A DNA stretch of 64,000 nucleotides from Trypethelium eluteriae (taxonomy: Eukaryota): contig JAVECL010000064.1 of the NCBI GenBank assembly GCA_051942245.1, positions 1 through 64,000 on the forward strand, written 5' to 3'. Within the stretch, counting starts at the first letter, position 1; each line of letters opens with the position of its first letter. The notes under the pieces are model-generated. The model ran no database searches, was not told the DNA's origin, and saw nothing but the letters and a program-made list of their open reading frames with translations. The translations under genes and the position numbers were made by a program. Positions 38,401-52,022 of the stretch are shown one piece after another.

Positions 38401-41400
38401 ATGTCTGATCCTCATTGCGAAAGCGAAATACGACCACTACCGCCGGAGGTCGTTGACCAGATAAAGTCTAGTGTAGCTATCACGTCTTTGAACGACGTTG
38501 TCTCCGAACTGGTCAAGAATTCACTAGATGCCGACGCTACTAAAATTGAGGTCACTATCGACTATGCTCGTGGAGGCTGTATCGTTAAGGACGATGGGCT
38601 TGGAATCAATGCCCAAGAATTCCAAGAGGAAGGAGGTCTTGGCAAGCTCCATCGTGAGCATGTTCTCAACTCTGCCGAATGCAGGAAATTAAAAAGCTTA
38701 CATGGATAGATACCTCAAAGCACTCTGGCTCTGTCTACGCGCCGACTCACGGTCATCATGGAGCTTTTCTAGCCTCTCTTGGTGCCCTGTCGCTGCTCTC
38801 CATAACCTCGCGACACCATCAATATTTTTCCCACAATACTCTGGTGATGCACCGTTCGCACGTCATATCACGTCTAACTCCGGCGCCTGCTCAGCACGAT
38901 ATTTCTGGCTCTCATGGAACAAGGGTATCCGTTCGAGACCTTTTTGGCAACATACCGGTCCGCGTGAAACAGCGAACGGCTGTCTTGGAACTAGGTCCGG
39001 AAGATGATAAGTTGTGGGAGAATCTGAGACGAACAATCACTGGGTTAATATTGGCATGGAAGTCACCTACATCCATTGTAGTGAAAGACGTGCGAAAGGG
39101 TAGGAGGATCCGCGTGGCCCGTGAAACTCCAGCGCAAAAGTTGGACACAACGTCGAAACGGAATCCCAATCTGACCTTGCATGACATTGTGAGCATTTTG
39201 AGCCAGGCTGGGTACATGTCACCAGAGATTTGGCCCGCCTGGGTCCCAATCTCCGGCTCGACGAGTTCAATATCAATCAGAGGAGCAATCTCTACGGTAC
39301 CGGCGCCGAGTAAGCAAGCTCAGTACATTGCGATTGGTATTGAACCCTTGACACCTCATTCGGGGCATAGTGAGCTTTATGAGCATGTCAACAAGGTCTT
39401 CAGCAATTCACAATTTGGCACCGTGGAGAAAGATGCAGATATTGACGAGCCAGAGAGAGGTCGGCGTCGGAAGGACAAACGCTTCAAGAACGACGGCTTC
39501 ACAAACAGGCAATTAAAGAGTCGCAAAGGTATTGATCGCTGGCCAATGTTTTTCCTGCAGATTTCGTTCAGATCCAGGAGTCCGGACCCTATCCTGATTA
39601 ACGATCTGCTTGAAAAGGAGGCCAACGTGCAAGCAATAATCGAGGTACTTAACGCAATGCTTTTCGAATGGCTTACTGCGCACCGTTTTCGCCCACGAAA
39701 GCCAGGGCTGCGGGGACAGACGAACGACGCCTTGCGATACTTGCCTCTAAAGAGCACTCGTTCGAGCCCTTCCCAAGCATCGCGAAGTCCACTAGCGATC
39801 GATGACAATATCGCTCCGACCACTGGTGCTATAACCGCTCTCGAGCAAACCAATACCTCATATGTCGGGTCTTCAAAGTCCCAGTCTGGAGTCCCTAGCG
39901 TCGATCCTGTCAATCTTAGTCGGCATTTTAGTAACTGGAGCCGGATAAAAAGCGGAAAGCCAGACTTCTATGAAAAGGCTTGGGGCCGTTGCGAAGCCGC
40001 TAGAACTGAACCAACTCCAACGCGACGGAAGGACGGAAGCTGCTCACCTCTTTTAGGAGGGCGTTCCTCGCCAGAGTGTAACGAGACAACTTTTCCTATT
40101 CAACTCGATTGTCTACATGAATCTTCATCTGCCTCTCAAGGGCGATCGCCGTTGCCGAATGGGCAGAATCCGGATCCCGTCGACCGTGTGGAAGGGACTT
40201 CTGACGAGCGAGCTGAGGATGGCAATATTTCGTGGATAGATCCCTCAACCAAGGAGACGATTATTGTAAATGCTCGCACAGGAATAGTTGCTGCCTCTGT
40301 ACCACGGTATTCAGAACTAGAGCCTGGAGGGCACAACAGTCAGTCCGATGGAAAAACGTCACGGCAGGGAAGAGGAGCAAATGGCTTGCGTCGGCTTTCA
40401 ACGAGAGCACAGGCACTATCTTCGAATCGGCCCAAAAGCACGTCTTGGTTTACAGAATTCCTAAGTGATTGGGATAATCCCGTCTTTCAAAATGCGGAAG
40501 AGTGTATTCCGCAGGCACTACCTCAAGAACTCGACATGCAAGCCAACGCTTCTGGCACTCACGGAGATCACCTTCATTTAGCGAAGGGAAATAAACAAGC
40601 TTCTCAAGGATCCCCAGTTTTCTCTAAAACAAGACTTTGGAGAGACGCTCTTTGCAATGCACAGGTGTTGGCGCAGGTGGACAAGAAATTCATTCTAGTC
40701 AAGATGCTTGCCGCCTGGCCATCAAGCGAAACAGCGGATTCCAAAAGTGACAGCCAGAAAGACATACTAGTTCTGATTGATCAGCATGCGGCAGATGAGC
40801 GCTGCATAGTTGAGGATCTATTGCAAGATCTTTGCACGCCAAGTTCACAGCCTTCGATACCGACAGACCATGGTGTGCAGTCCACTGTAAAAACCATAAC
40901 CTTGGATCCACCGATCAGATTTGAAGTACCAGAGTCGGAGAAAACACAATTTACTCACTGCGTCAAGCTTTTTGCTCGTTGGGGCATTCTCTACGACATG
41001 ATGGACAATGGTAGACCTCTAGACGGAGCACGGCCTGTATCTCAGCCCACTTCCAGGTCAAGCATGAGTATCGGGGTCGTTGTCAGAGCACTTCCTGCAG
41101 TCATCGCGGAGCGCTGCCGGCTCGAGCCGAAACATATCATCAATCTTATGCGATCCGAAATATGGAGCGATGGCAAGCCTCCCTCAGCACGAGACGACGG
41201 CCCACTGCCAACCACAGACCCTCATTTCTGGCTCCAAAGCATCGGAAATTGTCCACGTGGCATTCTCGATCTAATCAATTCACGCGCATGTCGCAGCGCT
41301 GTCATGTTCAACGACCGACTCTCTCTCGTGGATTGTCGAGCGCTGGTGAAGAGGCTAGCGGGCTGTGCACTTCCGTTCCAGTGCGCGCATGGAAGACCCA

Positions 41401-41594
41401 GTATGGTACCATTGGTTAACCTGGAAGACAGCAATCAGCGGAGGATAGAGGTGAACTCTGTTCTTCACCACCAAGAGAGCGGATTAAGAGTTGGGGATAG
41501 GCCATGCGATCAAAAATCATGTAACAATTTTGGTGAAGCTTGGAAAGAATGGCGTAGAACAATGCGTCCTAATCAGCCGGATGGACAGCAATGA
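38401..41594 (+). CDS. MLH3: MutL homolog Mlh3 (MutL-gamma endonuclease subunit)
   Basis: Intron 38654-38709. Contains ELVKNSLDA, DDGLG, GTRVSVRDLFGNIPVR, QVDKKFI, DQHAADER endonuclease motif, ACRSAVMFND and PFQCAHGRPS. Confidence 0.93.
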
Positions 41595-42220
41595 TGTTTG
41601 TAGAGTATTCTGTCTGGCGATGTAATAGGAAGTACAACTGGTGCCAAACGAGGCGAAATCTCGATAATAACTTATGTAGTGTTAGCTTCTGCACGGAGTA
41701 ATCCGTACAACAAGATGAACAGTACGGGGTGCGTGATCTTGGGCCTTCGCAGCGCGCAATCGGATCGAATCTCGCTGCTCTCCTTCGAAGAAACTCTGAG
41801 CTTGGTCCACAGGTTTGGAGAAGCCTTTGTGAAATTCTGACGCTAATTCCTAGTGATTGCCAAGTTAGGGGGTTTGAACGGATATTGACAAGCCTCCGTT
41901 TCCTTCCGAAGGCTGCTCATGTCAGGGCTGGATGGCGAGTCACTTAAGGCCAAGAAGGGCGAATACGAGATAAGATGAGTCTAGGGGAAATTTTTGCATC
42001 TGCAAGGTGATTCACCTCCACGACTCGACACAAATTAAAGAAACGGCAGCCGTTATTACTCCGCCGTATAGCTTAGTCACCGCAAAGGCGGATAGAGAGA
42101 AGCCAGCAGCCGTTGCTCGGTTCCACTTATGCAGGAATGGTCTAGTGGCCCGCCTAGAGTTGCACGTGGGGAAGGCAAGGAGCCACCGAGCCGTAAAACT
42201 CCAAAGCCCTAAAACCCTTA

Positions 42221-42238
42221 CGGATCCTCTCGTTTCCG
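42221..42238. promoter_or_regulatory. CGG-N12-CCG Zn2Cys6 element (AtrR-response-element-like) upstream of the PDR transporter
   Basis: CGG atcctctcgttt CCG about 500 bp upstream of the ATG. A similar CGG-N13-CCG starts at 42299, with more TTCCG half-sites nearby. Confidence 0.5.
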
Positions 42239-42729
42239 GGATACTTACCTTATGTACTGTGCAGCCCATTTTATGCAGCAACACGATGACGATCACCTCG
42301 GATGCTGACTGTTTCCGAGCCCTAAACGTTCCGTCTTCCGTCCTACCATTCGTGCCACTGTCAGCCCAAGAGATGTTGGCCTACCAGACAGCCAAACAAA
42401 ACACAATTCGACTTACCCCCCACATCGGGTCGCGTCCTTGGCTGCCTTCCTCGCCTCCCGCCTGGAAACACGCGCGGCTGACGTTGACGGACCGGGTGTA
42501 TTCGCCAAACGGCGCTACTTTTTCCCTTTGTTGATCTATTCTACCTCCGCCGAGGAGCACTCCCTATATCATATCCACCAGTCCTGACATTACCAGGGTC
42601 TCAATTTCTTATGGGTTTCTTGGGCTGAACTCTGCGGCATACATTCGGCAGTTTTCTCTATTTTTCTTCACCTTTTCTTCGCCACATTGAGTGCCTCCGA
42701 GAGAGCGTCTGCTCTCGACTTCGACTACC

Positions 42730-45700
42730 ATGTCGTTGGTAGGCAATTTCACGTTTAATAATTATGATCGCACAGCGGAGGTGGCTGGAGTAGGTGCAGG
42801 AGGCCAAGCGCCTGCTCGGCACAGAGATCAAGAAGATGCACCCAAGCCGATACTCGAGCGCATAACAACGTCACGATCGGCTCGCGAAGATCCTATGGAT
42901 AAGGAGACCAAAGCCGTGAGTTTATTTCTGTTATGACGTATGCCAAAACTTTTCACTGATCAATCATGCAGAATGGAGACGTCTCATCAGTTAGAGGCAA
43001 AGACACTTCCTCCGAATCGGACGAATTCGAGAAGGCGGAGGAACGTGATGAAAAAGTTCATCAGCTAGCCAAAACCCTTACGAACAAGTCATCCTGGAGT
43101 CAGATCCCACATAATCCGTTTGAAGCAGAGAAGGAGTCCGCAATAGACCCCAATTCGCCAAACTTCAGGCCTAGAGCGTGGGTCAAATCGCTCTTGAAGC
43201 TTCGATCGCAAGACCCAGAGGTGCATCCCGACCGAACGGCAGGAATTGCTTTCCGAAACCTTAATGTACACGGCTATGGATCGGGAGCAGATTATCAAAA
43301 GAACGTTGGCAATATTTGGCTTCAAGCAATTGGTGCGGTGCAGCAGCTCCTGGGGGTTGGACAGCAGAGGATAGACATCTTGAGGAACTTCGATGGATTG
43401 ATCAAGAGTGGCGAGATGCTTGTCGTACTCGGGCCTCCAGGTTCTGGTTGTTCAACGCTTCTCAAGACCATCTCCGGAGAGACTCATGGATTCGTCATAG
43501 ATGACGGTTCATACCTAAATTATCAAGGTATTTAATTTCAAGGTCCCAGCACTCAGCACATTTCATTAACCCTCTATGACCAGGTATCGGACCCAAAGAA
43601 ATGCACAACAACTTTCGTGGTGAAGCCATTTACACTGCAGAGACTGATGTACATTTTCCCTCCCTCCTGGTCGGCGATACCTTGGAGTTTGCTGCACGGG
43701 CACGAGCACCACGCCACATTCCTGGTGGCATTGACAGGAAGGACTTTGCCAAACATCTCCGAGATGTGATCATGGCGACCTTCGGTATCAGTCATACAAT
43801 AAACACAAAAGTCGGTAACGACTTCGTCCGTGGAGTTAGCGGTGGTGAACGGAAGCGTGTCAGTATTGCAGAAGCCGCTCTCAGTGGGGCTCCTTTGCAA
43901 TGCTGGGATAATAGTACACGTGGTCTGGATAGCGCCAATGCCATCGAGTTCTGCAAGACTGTCAGACTCTCGACCGACTTATTGGGGGCAACGGCTTGTG
44001 TGGCGATATATCAATCCCCCCAAGCCGCCTACGATGTGTTCGACAAAGTAGCCGTCCTATACGAGGGGCGCCAGATCTTTTTTGGCCGCACGACCGAAGC
44101 CAGAGGATACTTTGAAAGATTAGGCTTCCACTGCCCTGATCGTCAAACGGACGCAGATTTCTGTACGTCGATGACGAGTCCACAGGAACGAGAGGTTCGG
44201 CCCGGATTTGAGAATCAGGTCCCTCGAACACCGGATGACTTTGCAAAAGCCTGGAAGTCCAGTTCCGAATACGAGCGTTTGATGAATGAGATTGAAGAAT
44301 ATGACAGGACTTACCCGATCGGCGGTGAATCTTTCGAGAAATTCAAACAATCGCGAAGAGCCCAGCAAGCACGTTTTCAGCGCTGGCAATCTCCATTTAC
44401 GCTCTCCTACAACCAGCAGGTCCAGCTATGTCTCTGGCGTGGGTTCTTGCGTCTCAAAGCTGACCCAAGCTTAACCTTCTTTCAGTTATTTTTCAACTTC
44501 ATTATGGCCTTGGTTGTCGGCAGTGTCTTCTACAACCTCAACAATTTCACCCAGAGTTTCTATGAACGTGGTGCTCTCCTTTTCTTCGCTATTCTCCTTA
44601 ACGCCTTTGGCAGTGCACTCGAAGTAAGTCTGTCGTCTTTTCCGTACGAAGCTCTATCTAACGGCGACTCAGATCTTGACACTCTATGCGCAACGTCCGA
44701 TTGTCGAGAAACATGCCAGATATGCACTGTATCATCCATCGACAGAATCTATCGCTTCCATGCTGACGGACATGCCATACAAGATATTGAATACAATAAT
44801 ATTTAATACTACTGTCTACTTCATGTCGAATCTCCGTCGGGAAGCGGGGGCCTTCTTTTTCTTTCTTCTGGTATCGTTCACTCTCACGCTCACAATGTCT
44901 ATGCTATTCCGCTTCATCGCATCGGTGTCTCGGACTCTGGCTCAAGCGATGGCGCCAGCGGCAATTCTCATCCTGGCTCTCGTCATCTATACCGGTTTCG
45001 TTATTCCGACTCGATATATGCTTGGCTGGTCAAGGTGGATCAATTATCTCGACCCAATTTCGTACGGTTTCGAGTCCTTGATGATCAACGAATTTCACAA
45101 CCGTGAGTTTGGTTGCTCCCAATTCATACCTGCCTATCAGGGCGCTAGCATAACCAATCAAATCTGCACTGGCGTTGGATCCGTCGCAGGTAGCGATTTC
45201 ATCAGCGGAGACGCCTATATAAACTCGGCCTTCCAGTACTACCACTCCCATAAATGGCGAAATTATGGCATTGTTTGGGTTTTCATGATCGGTCTCTGCG
45301 CTTTCTATCTGCTGGCCTCAGAATACATATCTGCCAAGAAGTCTAAAGGTGAAGTCCTTGTGTTCCGCCGTGGCCATGCTCCTGCGGCCGTGACGAAGCT
45401 GCGTGCAAACGACGAAGAGGCTGCCATCAATGGTGACGTGGCTGCAGTTACGGAGAGGAACCTCGATCGCGATATTTCGGCGGTGATCCAGGAGCAGACA
45501 GCGATTTTCCACTGGAAAGATTTGTGCTACGATATCATGATTAAAGGTCAGCCTCGGCGTATTCTAGACCACGTGGATGGATGGGTTAGGCCAGGCACTT
45601 TGACCGCTTTGATGGGTGTGTCAGGTGCTGGCAAGACTACATTGCTCGATGTCCTTGCAGACCGTACGACGATGGGTGTCATTACTGGAGAAATGTTGGT

Positions 45701-47580
45701 TGATGGGCGTCAGCGTGATAGCTCGTTCCAGCGCAAGACTGGATATGTCCAGCAGCAAGACTTACATCTGTCTACCTCAACTGTACGCGAGGCTCTCAAT
45801 TTCAGCGCCTTGCTCCGTCAGCCAAGGCACGTACCGCGACAAGAAAAGCTGGATTACGTCAACGAGGTTATCAAGCTTCTGGACATGAAGGATTACGCAG
45901 ACGCCGTCGTTGGTGTACCTGGAGAAGGTCTCAACGTCGAACAAAGGAAACGTCTCACTATCGGTGTTGAACTTGCCGCCAAGCCGGAGCTTCTACTCTT
46001 CCTTGACGAACCGACTTCAGGCCTTGACAGTCAGACTTCATGGGCAATTTGCGATCTCATGGAGAAGCTTACGAAGAGCGGTCAAGCTATCCTTTGTACT
46101 ATCCACCAACCGTCGGCCATGCTATTCCAACGTTTCAATCGATTGCTTTTCCTCGACAAAGGTGGCAAAACCGTGTACTTTGGTGAGATCGGTGAGAATT
46201 CGCAGACCTTGACCAACTACTTTGAGAGAAATGGAGCATCGCCATGTCCAAAAGATGCTAATCCGGCCGAGTGGATACTCGAAATCACTGGTGCCGCACC
46301 TGGCTCACATACTGACATCGACTGGTTCAACACTTGGCGTGAAAGTCCTGAAATAAAAGAAGTGCATGCTGAACTGGAGCGCCTGAAGGTGCACCGCCCT
46401 CAGGAAACGGCTCCAGCTACTACACCAGATAATAAAGACAGTTATCGGGAATTCGCGGCGCGCTTCCCCGCCCAACTGTACCAAGTCTTGAAGCGAGTAT
46501 TCCAGCAGTACTGGCGAACCCCCTCGTACATATACTCCAAGATAGCACTATGCACCTTCTCTGGCCTCTTCATCGGCTTTTCCTTCTTCCATGCTAAAAA
46601 CAGCCAACAAGGGCTGCAAAATCAAATGTTCTCCCTCTTCATGTTGATGACGATCTTTGGTCAATTGGTTCAGCAAATTACACCTCACTTCGTCACCCAG
46701 CGCGCTCTTTACGAAGCTCGCGAGCGACCTTCCAAAGCCTACTCATGGAAGGCCTTCATGCTTTCCAACATCCTTGTTGAGATTTTCTGGAACTCGCTCG
46801 CGGCTGTATTACTCTTCTTCACCTGGTACTACCCTATCGGTCTCTACCGCAATGCCGAAGCTACCAACACGGTACACGAACGCGGCGCGTTGATGTTCCT
46901 TCTCGTTTGGACCTTTCTCCTATTTACCTCTACCTTTGCCGATCTCGCGGTCGCGGGCATTCCGGATGCTGAGACAGCAGGCAATCTCGCCAACTTGGCC
47001 TTCTCACTTTGCCTGATCTTCTGCGGGTATGTTTCTCTCCCTTCGAAGCTCTCTCCACCATCACGTCACCGTTTTCCTTCTCCTGTCTTGTCTTTCCTTT
47101 CCTTCCATTGCTAACACTACTCCCTCCAGTGTCCTCGCGTCTCCCACTGCCCTACCAGGCTTCTGGATCTTCATGTACCGCATCTCCCCTTTCACCTACC
47201 TCATCTCAGCCATGCTTTCGACCGCCGTCGCCAACACGTCCGTCAACTGCGCCGATAACGAATACCTCACCTTCCCGCCTCCGGCAGGACAGACCTGCCT
47301 CGAGTACATGCAGCCCTACATCTCCGCGGCGGGCGGCTACCTACAGAACAATGCGACTCGCGCGCCCGAGCTCTGTAGCTTCTGCTCCGAGAGCGATACC
47401 AACATCTTCCTTGCTGGCGTAAGCAGCTATTACAGTGAACGATGGCGCAACTTTGGCTTCATGTGGGCGTTTATCATGTTTAATGTGGTGGTGGCGACGC
47501 TGATCTACTTTTTGGCACGGGTGCCGAAGAGGAAAGGATGGTGGAAGTTTTGGCAGGGGGAGAAGGCGAAGACGGAGTAA
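42730..47580 (+). CDS. PDR-type (ABCG) multidrug transporter, AbcC/Cdr1B-like
   Basis: Introns 42916-42971, 43528-43583, 44624-44672 and 47027-47129. NBD1 has [22 protein letters not shown] and [12 protein letters not shown]2 has [24 protein letters not shown] and LDEPTSGLD; two TMDs. Confidence 0.97.
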
Positions 47581-48765
47581 ATCCGGGAAAGTCGTTGGGG
47601 GGGGGGGCGCCTCCATTCTGCTTGACATAGAACTTTTCCAAAATATTGTATTAATGCTGAAGACGTCGCTTTTCTCGGTCTGTCCATCGAGCGGACTGCT
47701 TGGTTAGTAGAGGATGTATGGTAGATCAACGGGTCGTGGCTAGATTCATAGATTTCCATGGGATTATTGTACAACTAGATATTCATCGTCTGCAGTGTTC
47801 CTCTGGTCCTGGAGATTCTGCACGGTCCAAAATACAGCATTGGCTCATCAAACGCCGTCGAGTATTGCTCACGTTATGACGAACTCCAAGCCTATCTTCA
47901 CTTTCTCCGAGATGAATAGCTGGTCTGTCATAAGCAGCTTGCAACTGGAATCCGGCACAAGTCTTCTCGCGTCTATTTTTGCCAATGTGAATCTCACTGA
48001 CCAAACTCTAACAAATGTCATCCTTTGGACATATCCCAACAAGATCCAGATCTCGGGCTAACCTTCGTCTTTCTTACCTTCTTCTAAGCTTGATTGGGGT
48101 TTAGTCGGACTGGGTAGTAGCAGTCATTCCTTTGCTTACCGTATCACGCGGTTGCCAGAAAAACCCGCACACCAAAACTGGGGGGTGCTTCATAAGGTAC
48201 ACAGTAGACAGAAAAGATCACACATGTACATTAGGCTTGTCTGCTATTACACAGTCACCACCTTTTAGACTCAAGAGATTATTGAATAATAATTTTTACC
48301 CTGTAAAGGTAGTCTACAGGTGTGGCTGCTTTTCTGGCGAGGCCACCCCCAGTCTCGGTGTGCGGATTTTTTTGTCAACCGTGTGCGTATCAACGTATCG
48401 AGAGATGTCTGACCCGGTCCCTGCCGCCCCGCTCCCAACTTCCGTCTGACTCCCTGGATCACCACCTTTCCATCACCACATTCCAAGCGATTTGAAGCCT
48501 TCCTATTTCCACTGACGCGCTCAGGAGATCCCGGTCTAGCAATATGTCACCATAACTTGTTTCACTACGTCGATACAGGAGAGTCCACATAGGTAACAAA
48601 GCCACGCTGTTGTAGGGCCGGTGAGATCTTGAACCGCGTTTTCGCCTTTCGAATAAACATTTGAGTTGGCAATCAGGGGCACGACTCTTTCGGACCGACA
48701 TTTCTTTTCGTACTTCCTCGAATCCGTGTTTTCCACCGTGTACCAGTGTCTTGAAATTCGCGGTC

Positions 48766-50041
48766 ATGGCCCCGAAGTCTCTTCTAAAGTCGTGGTTCCC
48801 TACCACAGCATCTCCACTCATCTGCAATGCTCCAATGTTTGGGACCGCCACGTCCGACATGGCCACTGCGGTGACAAAAGCCGGCGGATTGGGAATCATC
48901 GGTGGAGGCTTCGACTTAGCTCCCAACTCGGCACAACTAACTGCCCTTGATGCTGATCTCGCCAAAGCCGCTTCCGCACTGTCCATCGAACCCGGCCGAA
49001 CTCTTCCTGTGGTTGTTGGCTTCATCACGTTCCATTCAAGCTTCGAACATGTCCTCGAAACTGTTCCGCCGCTGCTTGAGAAGTACAGGGTAGCTGGTGT
49101 ATGGCTGGCGTTTCCTCAGCCTGGCGCGCACGCGGATGTGATCAAGGAGCTCAAGCGGAAAGGTGAAGCATGGGGTCTGAAAGTTTTTGTACAAGTCGGT
49201 ACCGTAGAAGCTGCGGAGGAGGCGGCAACGCATGGAGTGGATGTAATCGTCGTCCAGGGAATAGATGCCGGTGGACACCAGTGGGCGCAGGGGGCAAGTA
49301 TTGTTTCATTGGTGCCAGAAGTAAGAGACATGCTAGAGCAGAATTTCAACGGCCACAATATCGCCCTGATCGCTGCCGGCGGAATTATGGATGGGAGAGG
49401 GTTAGCTGCTGCAACGGCTTTAGGTACGTTGTCATCAACCTAGACTTGGCGAATGAGTGACTGATTCATCGCAACAGGTGCGGAAGGCATTGTGATGGGA
49501 ACAAAGGCAACCAACTAGAATGAGCTGTGTTGAATCAGGCTAACGATTCATTATAGTTCATTTCAACGACAGAATCGCCCAGCCCAGACGTCATAAAAGA
49601 TAGATTAATATCTACGAGCGATGGAGGCGTTGCGACGATCAAGTAAGGAGGTCTGCAAGACCTTCCAATATCTCGATAAGCTGATTACGAGAAGATCTAC
49701 TATACACGATGACCTTCAGGGCACTGGTTTTTGGCCGCCCTTATACGATGGCCGGGCCATTATTGGAGAACCGTATAACGAGTTCAAGGCCGGTTCGTCG
49801 ATGGATAGTCTTGTAGAGAGACACAAAACCGCTCATGCATCTGGAAATCATTCAAGAAGAATTATCTGGTGGTACGGAAATATCCATGACCATAACTACA
49901 TCTGTCGGCTCGAACATGCTAACCTATTGAAGTGGTACTGGTGTCGGCTTAATCAAAGACGTGCCTTCTTGTCAGGAGGTTGTGAGAACTACCTTGAGGC
50001 AATACAGCGAAGTCATCGAGCGGGTGTCCAACGTCCAATAG
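48766..50041 (+). CDS. Nitronate monooxygenase / 2-nitropropane dioxygenase family flavoprotein
   Basis: PLICNAPM, VQGIDAGGH, IAAGGIMDGRG, GAEGIVMGTKF and YDGRAI. Four introns, including a GC-AG intron at 49507-49556. Confidence 0.92.
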
Positions 50042-50299
50042 GTTAGTTTTGACGTTTCATTCAATTGTCGCCTCATTATCTTATGACTTTCCTAGAGTTG
50101 GTTCGATGCAGTCACCGGCAAGAGTGTCTTAAATGTAGACAATGGGCATTCTCAACAGTAGATTGACCTGACATATTTATGTATGAGCCGCATCCTCAAG
50201 ACTTTCTCTCTGAGCTCGACCATTATGATAAGTTCCGCATAATTATTGAGGCAGTACCGCGCTTCATGATGCCGTCCTTCAGAAACTTACGAATGGGTG

Positions 50300-50842
50300 T
50301 TATGCTACGCTTTCGACAGCGTCCTTGATGAGATCGACTACAATCCTAGATTGGCTCAGCATGACCAGGTGCCCAGCATCACACTCTCTTATCTCGCTTT
50401 TTGCAAGCTCGGCCCACGTCATCTGCAACTCCACCAGTGTTGCATTGTTCCCTTTGTAAATGAGATATATTGATGACACTCTGTCAAACAAAAATGGGCC
50501 ATACTTGGGTGGCCGATCCCACTCGGGCTTAGCAATATCTTGGCTGAGATCATTAACGAGGGTCTTCTCGGGATCTTTAACAAAGAGTCGCTCTCCCCGA
50601 GACTCGAAGAAGGGCGAGCACTGATCGAGCTTTGCCTCACGGACAAGCGTAGCCATTATTGCGATAATATTTATAACGCCACCAGGAAGACCAGCGGATT
50701 TGCGATCAGCAAGCGTCAAGCCGGGTACGGCGTTTGCACCAATAAAGCCGCCAGCCGAGTGCACCACAAGGACGATGGTGTTTCCGCGATTAGCTAGCAC
50801 CTTATGTAATAATGCGTGTAAAGTGGGTACGCATCTCCTCAT
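50300..50842 (-). pseudogene. Decayed alpha/beta hydrolase (Abhydrolase_6 type), 5'-truncated
   Basis: VVHSAGG elbow and DAGHLVMLSQ are present. The N-terminal GxWH strand is missing, the catalytic-Asp region reads YKGNN, there is an apparent internal deletion, and a TE lies just upstream. Confidence 0.6.
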
Positions 50843-50941
50843 ATACTAGTTAGATAATCAATGCAGAAGCCCATGGTGGCGCCGCAGAGATAGCTACTGA
50901 GTTAGGTATGCTGGCAACATTCGGTTTCTCATCTCATTTTT

Positions 50942-51459
50942 CGGAGTTTGTAAGAAACCCACCTCCAATCGGCGGGGAACCACCGCTAAAACTCCTTATT
51001 TCGTAATCAAACAACTACCTTGCGGTGGCTGGGGGGTTCCCCAACAGGTAATCAATACAATGTTACCTCAGTTTAACTGTTATGACCATGTTGGCCCATG
51101 TTAAGGCGGTGTTAACATGGACCAACAAGGTCTTAACAGTGAATTCGAAATAACATTGTATTGATTACCTGTTGGGGAACCCCCCAGCCGCCGTAAGGTA
51201 CTTACAACGTCAAGTATCGCTATCCAATCTTTTTTTGGTACCCTCCCCTCCACCCCTAACCACTCAACTAGAAGACATCTAGAAGGGCTTGAGGGCTTGT
51301 ACTTGTTTGGGACAGGTTCCTGCACTTGTGCCGCCACACCCTAATCCTATCAAAGTGGGTAGCTTGAAGCGCAAAAGATGGTCTTTGGTTTTGTTACAAT
51401 GAAAAGGGGTTAAGTGATGGGCACCGTATCGGTCGGAGGTGGGCTCCTTACAAATTCCC
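50942..51459. mobile_element. Old non-autonomous TIR element (Mutator-like) with degenerate ~70-bp TIRs
   Basis: Left cggagtttgtaagaaacccacctccaatcgg aligns with the reverse complement of the right end, gggaatttgtaaggagcccacctccgaccga. The terminus resembles the MULE at 55371. No clean TSD. Confidence 0.6.
51018..51198. mobile_element. 181-bp palindromic MITE flanked by TA (Tc1/mariner-type TSD)
   Basis: 48-bp TIRs (51018-51065 / 51151-51198) with 2 mismatches; TA at 51016-17 and 51199-200; an inner 29-bp inverted repeat around the loop GGCGGTG. Confidence 0.88.
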
Positions 51460-52022
51460 ATATTTTTTTTTTTAGAAGACGACACTGCCACGACGAACCA
51501 ATCCAAGTGCTTGAGTGAAGTCGCACTCGATATGGATCCACGGGAGAGACTATTGTGAGCCTCAACTTCGATACCTCCGTACGGTCGTCCCCTTCGTATC
51601 CTTCAATGAGCGGCTTCGCTAGTTAAAGCTGAGGCCTTCCGGCTAACCCTTCCGGGTAGCCACTCATCGAGCACAGCACCGACAGCATCCCCAGATTCTG
51701 TCGATCACCGAGCTCTTGCGGCCTAGCTCAGGACCCTCTTTATTCGGCTGAGGCTTACTTCCCGCGACGAACCTCGCAAAGAATGATCATGCGAGATCCG
51801 AATACACCGTGGGGTCCGAATTAGAATATTCTTAGATTCAACGTTGCGGTAACGGTATGATTTATGATCGTCAATTTTTGATGTATATATTCTCAAAAGC
51901 CTGCCTTTCGTCTCCTCTCCACTCTCACCGATTTCTCTAATCTTCGCTTTGATCTCCATCGTTCAAGTTTCTGTCACAGTCGCTTGTACCACAAATCAAG
52001 CCCACTTAATCCATAATCCATA

